From Eutreptiella sp. 'Long Island Sound 2002' (lineage: Eukaryota > Protista > Euglenida), in assembly GCA_964036045.1 (NCBI GenBank), contig OZ038378.1, positions 140,244,001 to 140,308,000 on the forward strand: 64,000 nt of DNA, given 5' to 3'. This document shows, one piece after another, positions 25,599-35,200 of the stretch. Within the stretch, counting starts at the first letter, position 1; every line of letters begins with the position of its first letter. The position numbers were made by a program, and so were the translations under genes. The notes below the pieces were generated by a model. It had not been told where the DNA came from. It did not search any database and worked only from the letters and a program-made list of their open reading frames with translations.

Positions 25599-26168
25599 TT
25601 TGTGGCCCCTCCAGGCAATGGCCGGGCACCTCTCTTCATATAGGGGTGGGTGGGGTCTTAGGTCACCCACCGGGGGCATTTACGCATTGTGGGAACCGGC
25701 TTGGATCTCCGTTGTGTGAACCGCCTTGGATCTCCATTGCGTAATGCGTTTCGGGAACTAGTTTGGATCTCCGTTGTGGGAACCGGCTTGGATCTCCGTT
25801 GTGTGAACCGCCTTGGATCTCCATTGCGTAATGCGTTTCGGGAACTAGTTTGGATCTCCGTTGTGGGAACCGGCTTGGATCTCGGTTGTGGGAACCTGCT
25901 TGGATCCTGATTGTATAAACAAGCTTGCATCTCCACTCCCACTACTCCCTTCTTTCGTGTTTGCCGTCGTCTTGCATACTTTGTGGCCCCTCCAGGCAAT
26001 GGCCGGGCACCTCTCTTCATATAGGGGTGGGTGGGGTCTTAGGTCACCCACCGGGGGCATTTACGCATTGTGGGAACCGGCTTGAATCTCCGTTGTGTGA
26101 ACCGCCTTGGATCTCCATTGCGTAATGCGTTTCAGGGACTAGTTTGGATCTCCGTTGTGGGAACCAGC
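25599..26168. repeat. ~190-bp segment duplicated at 381-bp offset, flanking the start of the 25-bp array
   Basis: GCCGGGCACCTCTCTTCATATAGGGGTGGG... at 25621 and 26002. Confidence 0.9.
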
Positions 26169-27950
26169 TTGGATCTCCGTTGTGTGAACCAGCTTGGATC
26201 TCTGTTGTGTGAACCGGTGTGGATCTCCATTGTGTGAACCAGCTTGGATCTCCGTTGTGTGAACCGGCTTGGATCTCCGTTGTGTGAACCAGCTTGGATC
26301 TCCGTTGTGTGAACCAGCTTGGATCTCCATTGTGTGAACCCGCTTGGATCTCCATTGTGTGAACCAGCTTGGATCTCCGTTTTGTGAACCGGCTTGGATC
26401 TCCGTTGTGTGAACCAGCTTGGATCTCCGTTGTGTGAACCGGCTTGGATCTCCATTGTGTGAACCAGCTTGGATCTCCGTTTTGTGAACCAGCTTGGATC
26501 TCCGTTGTGTGAACCAGCTTGGATCTCCGTTGTGTGAACCGGCTTGGATCTCCATTGTGTGAACCAGCTTGGATCTCCGTTTTGTGAACCAGCTTGGATC
26601 TCCGTTGTGTGAACCAGCTTGGATCTCCGTTGTGTGAACCGGCTTGGATCTCCATTGTGTGAACCAGCTTGGATCTCCGTTTTGTGAACCGGCTTGGATC
26701 TCCGTTGTGTGAACCAGCTTGGATCTCCGTTGTGTGAACCGGTTTGGATCTCCATTGTGTGAACCGGCTTGGATCTCCATGGTGTGAACCGGCTTGGATC
26801 TCCATTGTGTGAACCAGCTTGGATCTCCGTTTTGTGAACCAGCTTGGATCTCCGTTGTGTGAACCAGCTTGGATCTCCGTTGTGTGAACCGGCTTGGATC
26901 TCCATTGTGTGAACCAGCTTGGATCTCCGTTTTGTGAACCGGCTTGGATCTCCGTTTTGTGAACCAGCTTGGATCTCCGTTGTGTGAACCAGCTTGGATC
27001 TCCATTGTGTGAACCAGCTTGGATCTCCGTTTTGTGAACCAGCTTGGATCTCCATTGTGTGAACCGGCTTGGATCTCCGTTGTGTGAACCAGCTTGGACA
27101 TCCATTGTGTGAACCGGCTTGGATCTCCATTGTGTGAACCGGCTCGGATATCCATTGTGTGAACCGGCTTGGATCTCCATGGTGTGAACCAGCTTGGATC
27201 TCCATTGTGTGAACCGGCTTGGATCTCCATTGTGTGAACCAGCTTGGATCTCCGTTGTGTGAACCAGCTTGGATCTCCATTGTGTGAACCGGCTTGGATC
27301 TCCATTGTGTGAACCGGCTTGGATATCCATTGTGTGAACCAGCTTGGATCTCCGTTGTGTGAACTAGCTTGGATCTCCATTGTGTGAACCGGCTTGGATC
27401 TCCATGGTGTGAACCAGCTTGGATCTCCGTTGTGTGAACCAGCTTGGATCTCCATGGTGTGAACCAGCTTGGATCTCCATTGTGTGAACCGGCTTGGATC
27501 TCCATTGTGTGAACCAGCTTGGATCTCCGTTGTGTGAACCGGCTTGGATCTCCATTGTGTGAACCAGCTTGGATCTCCGTTTTGTGAACCGGCTTGGATC
27601 TTCGTTGTGTGAACCAGCTTGGATCTCCGTTTTGTGAACCAGCTTGGATCTCCGTTGTGTGAACCGGCTTGGATCTCCATTGTGTGAACCGGCTTGGATC
27701 TCCATTGTGTGAACCAGCTTGGATCTCCATTGTGTGAACCGGCTTGGATCTCCATGGTGTGAACCAGCTTGGATCTCCGTTGTGTGAACCAGCTGCGATC
27801 TCCATTGTGTGAACCGGCTTGGATCTCCATTGTGTGAACCAGTTTGGATCTCCGTTGTGTGAACCGGCTTGGATCTCCTTTGTGTGAACCAGCTTGGATC
27901 TCCGTTGTATGAACCAGCTTGGATCTCCGTTGTGTGAACCAGCTTGGTGT
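26130..27950. repeat. 25-bp minisatellite, ~73 copies (TTGGATCTCCRTTKTGTGAACCRGC); a few seed copies from ~25690
   Basis: Direct inspection. The three long minus-strand ORFs (428, 618 and 605 aa) repeat every 25 aa, equal to three monomers. Confidence 0.98.
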
Positions 27951-28029
27951 GAACACTTGTGGCTATATGGCAATGTCCTGAGATCCACATTGCGAAGCTC
28001 GCACCACCATTCGAGCTAACCCTCTGTCA

Positions 28030-28148
28030 TCCCTAATAAGAACACTCTTTTTTGTCGCATATCATGGATATGCATATTTCACTAGGTTGCGTGCCATGAG
28101 GCCTTTTTTATTTTGTTAACTACACCATCAAAGTGTTCTCATTAGGGA
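28030..28148. mobile_element. Possible 119-bp MITE with 17-bp terminal inverted repeats
   Basis: TCCCTAATAAGAACACT (28030-28046) versus AGTGTTCTCATTAGGGA (28132-28148), 16/17 complementary. No clear target-site duplication. Confidence 0.5.
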
Positions 28149-28199
28149 CCGGTGCAAAATTATGAAGGTTAACCTCGTAGGCCGGATACCCAACTGTGG

Positions 28200-28660
28200 G
28201 GACGAGGCCCTTCACCTATGACCCCATGTGTATTGCGCGTGGAGGATTTATATTACCTATTGTACCTATAAGATACTAAACTAGGAGGACGAGGCCCTTC
28301 ACCTATGACCCCATGTGTACTACGCGTGGAGGCTTTATATTACCTATTGTACCTATAAGACCCATATCACCCATAGGCTCTATAGCACCTATGCAACGTG
28401 TGGGACTCATATGACCAAAACAACCTATGGCACCAATGACACCCACCCACCTATATGACATGTAGCACCTAAAAACCTACGGGACCTATTAAACCTATAG
28501 GAGATGTAGGACATACAGGACATACACAACCTATCACAAGTACCGGGCCTATTACACCTATAGCACCTACAGCACCAACAGGGCCTATGGCATTTACATA
28601 ACTTATAAGAGCTATAACACCTCTACCTCCTATTTACGATATAAGACCTATAGGACACAT
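28200..28660. repeat. ~72-bp tandem duplication (87-bp offset) followed by an ACCTAT-rich cryptic repeat
   Basis: GACGAGGCCCTTCACCTATGACCCCATGTGTA at 28201 and 28288. Confidence 0.8.
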
Positions 28661-28989
28661 AAGACCTCAATATGTAGATGACATGGGGTATAACTTTGAA
28701 CTTCATTCCCCTTTGCTGTTTGATGAGTTTGAGTGCTTGCCGTATGTGATCACTGCACCCAATAGGTAGACCCAAATAATCCCAAAGGCATTCCAAAGAA
28801 GGTTGCATGATATTTACCTTAAATTAACGTGTGTTCCCCCACCCTTCGCTCATCGTTCATTGCTCGAGAATGTTTATCATGCATTGTGTCTTTTGTTCTT
28901 TCAGGATCTTTGTCTTAGGGTGCTCTTGCACTTTTCTGTCAACTTTGCCTTGATCTTCGATTGACCGACTACCATCCAGTCCATAAAGA

Positions 28990-30726
28990 ATGACAGCGCA
29001 TTATGGATCAGTTTGGATGAACAACAGCTGCTTTGCGGCATCCAGTCTCCAATTCCTTGGCACAATCCCACTTTTTGTTGATTCCGTGAGCAGTGACTTG
29101 GAATCCAATATGACAGACTCTCAAATCCGTCTTGCAGTGGAACACCTTTTGATTGCTTTGATGGAATGTGGTAATGGAGAACTGCCACCCAAATCGCCAT
29201 ACACGTTTGGTAATAATGATGATTGTCACCAACAATTGCGAATTCATGTTGCCCATGCTGCGGAGTACTTAGTTCATTTCCATCCAACACACAACCGGCA
29301 ACAAGATGTGCATGAATTTCTGGGCTTGCTATTCGCGTGGATTTGGAACCTTGTATTACCATTGCAAAGTGCAGACGTTCGCACTGAAGCAGAGGCGTCG
29401 ACTCTTGAATTCCCCCTTGTACCACAAGCAATGTCCAAAGTAGGCAGCCAAGTTTTACATTCCATTTCATGCTCAAATTGTCAATATGGCAATTTACAAG
29501 TATGCATCGATATTTCTTCTTGGACGGTCGGTGTAAGTAATACACAAGGTTTACAAGGTGCTATGCAAAGTTTATTTGCCTCACAAAGTAATGTTGGAAA
29601 TTGTACGGCTTGTTCGGGAATGGCTTGCTTGAAGCGTCGAAAGCAACTGATAACGGCATCGCAATATATCATGATACATTTGTCCTTGTTCACTTTCAAT
29701 GCAGCTACTCAACAACCTTCAAAGCTACAATGTTTTTATGGGTGCCCATCACATTTTACTATTGAAGATTGTTTCGTAGGCTCACCAAATAAAGTGTTGC
29801 ATTTGCAGTTGATGAGTATCATCTTACACCGCGGTAGCTCTACCTTGTCGGGTCATTATGTGTGCTTGACTCAACGGAAAGGTTTGTGGTACGCCTGTGA
29901 CGATGAAGGTGTCACACTTGTTGAGGCGCCCAATCAATGGCTTCTGAACAATGACGACTTCACACCATACATGTATATGTTCAAAACCACAATTCAAGAT
30001 TTGAACAATGCCCATCCAAGTGACAAAGGTATGACTGCACTTGAGCAAATGTCCAACAAGGATTGTGAATCGGTACATGATTGCACATTCAGTGCAACTG
30101 AGCACATGTCCAACATGTTCAGTGATAATTGCACTGGTCAAGAAAGCCGACATGGGGATGATGAGTCAATGCATGACTGCGCAATGAGTGCGGCTGACCA
30201 CTTGTCTGATGAATCCAATGACACTTGCAATGATCAAGATGATACTTGTTCCAGCAAGTCGCATTGCACAACAACCACATCCAATGACTCAAATGAAAGT
30301 GGAGATACACAAATGTCTGTGCCCAATACTAGGCCGGGGTCACTAGCTAATGCGGATCAAACATCCGACTTTCAATTCACCACTATGCTAGCAACTCTTC
30401 CTTCATCGCTATCACCATCCCCACTGGCTAAAGTGGAATGCTTCATTGACGTTTTATCTGCCGAATCGTCGCCATTTCCCACAATACCATGGGCTTTCCA
30501 AAATTGTTTGGATGAATTGAAATCAAACGGAATTGTTCTACCACAAAAGCATTGTGCTTTTCGTGGTTGCACGTGGCAAGGAGATGACGAAGCTAGCTTA
30601 ATCGAGCATGTGACGGGTCAGCCCCAGACTCGCATACCGACGCTACTTATCGTTTTCTGTGTGCATGTGCTTTTGCTTGTTGGCAGATGTGAGTTTAGAC
30701 CAAAGTTTATTTGCCTCAGAAAGTAA
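28990..30726 (+). CDS. Ubiquitin-specific protease (peptidase C19/UCH family) domain + acidic linker + truncated C2H2 finger, 578 aa
   Basis: Cys box NNSCFAASSLQFL (Cys at 29029), QQDVHEFL (29299), internal CxxC pairs (CSNC, CTAC), His box ILHRGSSTLSGHYVC (His at 29854), WYACDDEGV (29899) and TPYMYMF. Confidence 0.88.
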   Translation: MTAHYGSVWMNNSCFAASSLQFLGTIPLFVDSVSSDLESNMTDSQIRLAVEHLLIALMECGNGELPPKSPYTFGNNDDCHQQLRIHVAHAAEYLVHFHPTHNRQQDVHEFLGLLFAWIWNLVLPLQSADVRTEAEASTLEFPLVPQAMSKVGSQVLHSISCSNCQYGNLQVCIDISSWTVGVSNTQGLQGAMQSLFASQSNVGNCTACSGMACLKRRKQLITASQYIMIHLSLFTFNAATQQPSKLQCFYGCPSHFTIEDCFVGSPNKVLHLQLMSIILHRGSSTLSGHYVCLTQRKGLWYACDDEGVTLVEAPNQWLLNNDDFTPYMYMFKTTIQDLNNAHPSDKGMTALEQMSNKDCESVHDCTFSATEHMSNMFSDNCTGQESRHGDDESMHDCAMSAADHLSDESNDTCNDQDDTCSSKSHCTTTTSNDSNESGDTQMSVPNTRPGSLANADQTSDFQFTTMLATLPSSLSPSPLAKVECFIDVLSAESSPFPTIPWAFQNCLDELKSNGIVLPQKHCAFRGCTWQGDDEASLIEHVTGQPQTRIPTLLIVFCVHVLLLVGRCEFRPKFICLRK

Positions 30727-31752
30727 TGTTGGAAATTGTACGGCTTGTTCGGGAATGGCTTGCTTGAAGCGTCGAAAGCAACTGATAACGGCATCGCAAT
30801 ATATCATGATACATTTGTCCTTGTTCACTTTCAATGCAGCTACTCAACAACCTTCAAAGCTACAATGTTTTTATGGGTGCCCATCACATTTTACTATTGA
30901 AGATTGTTTCGTAGGCTCACCACATAAAGTGTTGCATTTGCAGTTGATGAGTATCATCTTACACCGCGGTAGCTCTACCTTGTCGGGTCATTATGTGTGC
31001 TTGACTCAACGGAAAGGTTTGTGGTACGCCTGTGACGATGAAGGTGTCACACTTGTTGAGGCGCCCAATCAATGGCTTCTGAACAATGACGACTTCACAC
31101 CATACATGTATATGTTCAAAACCACAATTCAAGATTTGAACAATGCCCATCCAAGTGACAAAGGTATGACTGCACTTGAGCAAATGTCCAACAAGGATTG
31201 TGAATCGGTACATGATTGCACATTCAGTGCAACTGAGCACATGTCCAACATGTTCAGTGATAATTGCACTGGTCAAGAAAGCCGACATGGGGATGATGAG
31301 TCAATGCATGACTGCGCAATGAGTGCGGCTGACCACTTGTCTGATGAATCCAATGACACTTGCAATGATCAAGATGATACTTGTTCCAGCAAGTCGCATT
31401 GCACAACAACCACATCCAATGACTCAAATGAAAGTGGAGATACACAAATGTCTGTGCCCAATACTAGGCCGGGGTCACTAGCTAATGCGGATCAAACATC
31501 CGACTTTCAATTCACCACTATGCTAGCAACTCTTCCTTCATCGCTATCACCATCCCCACTGGCTAAAGTGGAATGCTTCATTGACGTTTTATCTGCCTAA
31601 TTGTCGCCATTTCCCACAATACCATGGGCTTTCCAAAATTGTTTGGATGAATTGAAATCAAACGGAATTGTTCTACCACAAAAGCATTGTGCTTTTCGTG
31701 GTTGCACGTGGCAAGGAGATGACGAAGCTAGCTTAATCGAGCATGTGACGGG
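29566..31752 (+). repeat. Internal near-identical duplication: 29566-30617 repeated at 30701-31752 (offset 1,135 bp, 83-bp spacer)
   Basis: CAAAGTTTATTTGCCTCA at 29566 and 30701; GCATGTGACGGG at 30606 and 31741. A few substitutions differ (CAA/GAA, AAT/CAT, GAA/TAA, TCG/TTG). Confidence 0.95.
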
Positions 31753-32263
31753 CCACCACAAAGCATCTTTTGCCCACGTTGACGAATTATCACATGCTTG
31801 TATCACGATGCAAGATGCATACCATTTGTACCAAGAAGCCATTGCCCACATTGAACGTCAGCGCATGCCCTTGGTTGGTTTTGCAATTGACCGTCGCATT
31901 ACTGTTTCATTCGCGTGGCGCTACCGAGATGAAAACATTATGTCACTCGTATGCAGCATTTGAGCACAAATTCATAGTGTGGATTTTGAATGTCATGGAA
32001 GGCCACCAATTCAATGCCATTCCCCATTGGACTCCAACAATGGAGGATCCTTTTTTGGGATGTGCAAAGAAGACACCGAGAGATTACTTGGTCTCACCAC
32101 ATATTTCAATGCCTACGGAACCAAAGACAGTGGCATGAGACAACAAGTACAAACCAAATGGTGCCTGAATGTTCCTTTCACAAATTGAATTATTCAAGTC
32201 CTATGTTGTCCCGAAGATCGTCGTTGTGTTGCATGTCCTCGTAATGCATGTGGCATACACGAC
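30659..32263 (+). pseudogene. In-frame 5' extension of the RepHel ORF (duplicated USP C-half, C2H2 finger, Cys-rich LCCPED region), interrupted by TAA 31598, TGA 31961 and TGA 32186
   Basis: ORFs 30659, 31601, 31979 and 32264 share one frame. Canonical C-x4-C-x12-H-x3-H finger CAFRGC...EHVTGH at 31688-31756. Confidence 0.85.
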
Positions 32264-35200
32264 ATGAATTGCCCCTTGTGTCCAAAATGTGAATTGCCAA
32301 TATGTGCATCTTGCTCCGATGAATTATCCCGACCACGCCCAAAAATGCCTCCATTTGCTTTGGCAAATGAAATGTGGATAGGGTACATTAATGAGTACAT
32401 CTATGAGCACCAAGTTACATACATTGAATTGTTGTGTGCCAGTCCAGTGAACACTGCAATGTTGAGCTTGACATTACAAAGGTTCAATGACCGAGTAAGT
32501 GGCTCAAGTTTAGCTCATTTGTCAAACGCACGCCTTGGCGCAAAGGGAAATGTCACTTGTTTTTCTCTGCCATGGGAGGAAGTCCACCAAATATTTTCCC
32601 AAAATGGTGGAAGGAATCATTTACCCAGATTAGGTGAGGATTTGGCTGGCCTCGTGCAAGTGGTTGTCGAAAGTCACACTCAGGATGACACGCAATTAGT
32701 TGTACAGCACGGGCGCGTGCGTCGTGCTGTGGTCGTACAGTTGATAGCATGTATGATTGAGCGCAACCACCCCGCGTACGTGGGTATAAACATGGTTGAT
32801 GTTGAACAACGATCAACACTCCTTCCGGTTGATGGCATCCCTCCCGAGATCATACGGGTCATAGTGCCTCACAAGAATGGCCCTGACCTTCATGACGGAA
32901 AGGCCGCGTTACCTCACGAGCACGGACGCTCCATTGATGGCAACATATTTCTGTCCCATGTCAACGGCGTGCAATTGGATAGATACTCCAATTCCGCCGT
33001 TGACATCAATGAACAACGTATACATCGTATCCAATCCGTTGAAGAAGCCTTGAAGTTCCCTACCGCGAAAGATGACATGTCATCAGACGAGGATGAAGTG
33101 GAAAGCATAAGTTCTAGTCCTCCAAACCTTTCTTCGCATATAAGTGCCATGTCGGGGCAAGAATATGAAATGCAAAGTGTGGATTCCACGAAGACACATG
33201 TTTCTACACAAAGAAGCCAAGGTGGGGACAAACCAACTAACACCACTGGTGATGAGCCAGTTGATAGTGAGAAACTACAAGATAGCATTGATTCTTTTTG
33301 CATTCGAACAGGAACCACCATGCAAGACCAACTACACCCAAGCTTCATAATAATTGCGTTTGCGTTCTTATTTGATTTTGGTGTTGGTAGCCCCGATTTA
33401 CGCAATCGTTCGCAATGGAGACGTGACTCCAATGCACCTCGAGTTGACTTCCCACAATTCGCGGCAGCTTTAGTGCGTCGTATTGAGGGTCAATTTAGGA
33501 GGGATTGGATTTTTGTGTTTGCAGCGTGGAACTTGATTTTCCGATCCGTGATTAATCTTTCTCGATACATCTTCAAAGGAAGGCTTTGTGATGGTACTAC
33601 TTTGGCGTCCGAGCAAATTACAGCAGAACAGTATTGCAATGCAAGCAAAGCAATAACAGCAAGTTTGACCGGAAGCTACCTCACCAAAGATGGCTCTCTT
33701 CGCCAAGTAAACGGTGACTTGTCAAAAGTTCCCTTTGTGCCAAATTTACCCCCCCTAGCTAGAGACATCTTACAAAATGTACAAAATGTTTCTACGCGCA
33801 TAGAAGGCACACATGAGGTGCGCCGCTTGATGCGACATGAAATCCAAGCCTTCCGTGTTTTTTATGGAGCCCCTCTCATTGTCACATTTTCTCCCAATGA
33901 GAGACACAACACGCTCATGCTTCGCCTATCAAGGACAAGCCAAAATGATCCGGTTTGCATAGCTCAACCATGGTTGAGACAATGGGGAGGGCATGCACAT
34001 CCATCTCTGGAATTACCAGTTGACTCATTGATTTCGGCTTTGCCATCATATGAACAACGCAGGCTCATGCTCTCCCAAGACCCCCTGGCTTGCATGTCCG
34101 CATTTCGCATTATAGTGCGTTTGGCAATGTCCACCATCTTTGGTGTTCGTGTGTGTCTTTGTTGTCCACGGTGCAACTCTCCGATGGGAAAATCGGCATG
34201 CCAAAACATCTTTGGTTCGGTTGCTTCTAGCGAAGGTGGATTCATTGGAAGGTTAGATGCTTGTTTAGGGAGCATTGAGAACCAAAAAGAAGGGGTTCTA
34301 CACATTCACTGGTTGTTATGGCCCCAATGTTTGAGTCAATTCTCCTCAATACACGACATCTCTTTGTTAATCAAAAAAGAAGGCGACAAGTTAGTAAAAC
34401 AATACACTGCTTACAAAAGTTACGTTTGTCAGGAGGTATATCATGATTTATGTGGTTTTCACATGCGCAGGAAAATACTAGAAGATGATTGGCCGGAATA
34501 TGACTCGACATTCTCCTTCCTTTTCCGCTCTCCTTTATGCTCGTTGGTTACGGATACAGCATCGGATGATATGGCTATGGTGCATTTATGGAACGTTCAC
34601 TATTGCAAGGAAGTCCAAACAAATTTGGAACATTGGAACCACCATATCCATCCATTGGCTAACACTGATGACCCAGAGGCTCGTCGACTTTTGGCAGGGT
34701 GTGTCGGTAAAGGTGAACCAAATGTTTGCCAGCATCGCTTTCCCCGTGACAAGGAGCTCGTGCCCGAAGCTTCCATATTGTGCTACGGACTCGCTTGTCA
34801 ATTTGGGTTGAAGGTTACGGGTCAACGTAATGCATTAGGGTCATTGCATGGGCCGCGAAACTGTAGTTGGCTCAATGGCACACATCCACTCCTAACCTCT
34901 TTTCTCCGTTGTAATAGTGATGTTCAAGTCCTCTATCGCTTGCCCATTTGTCCAGAAACCCATTCCAAATTTTGCACGACTCCAGATACATGTTTGAACG
35001 AACTGGCAACAAGCAACACTACAATTGAAATTGCTCTTCAATTGGCACAAGACAGTGCCATTGGGTATTTCTCTGATTATGTTGCAAAAGGAACTCCTAT
35101 TGCAACAAAGGAGATTACTAGATGGTTGCGTGGGCATGACAATTTATCCAATGACCTTCAAAAAACAAAACGTCCCAATAGCATACAATACATTGCAAGA

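Noticed and set aside
26130-27950. CRISPR-like appearance of the regular short repeats
   Set aside because: Monomers are head-to-tail with no unique spacers, and no cas genes are present.
26044-27990. Long minus-strand ORFs of 428, 618, 605 and 208 aa
   Set aside because: Translations of a stop-free 25-bp monomer, open in all three frames, so there is no evidence of coding.
28690-28780. YLGLPIG motif on the minus strand, similar to the LINE RT C-terminal motif
   Set aside because: Too short, with no other RT motifs nearby.
28901-29545. Antisense ORFs within the Helitron (e.g. 214 aa here, 360 aa at 38287-39369)
   Set aside because: Shadows of the sense-strand coding frame and of the 78-bp repeat, with no recognisable motifs.
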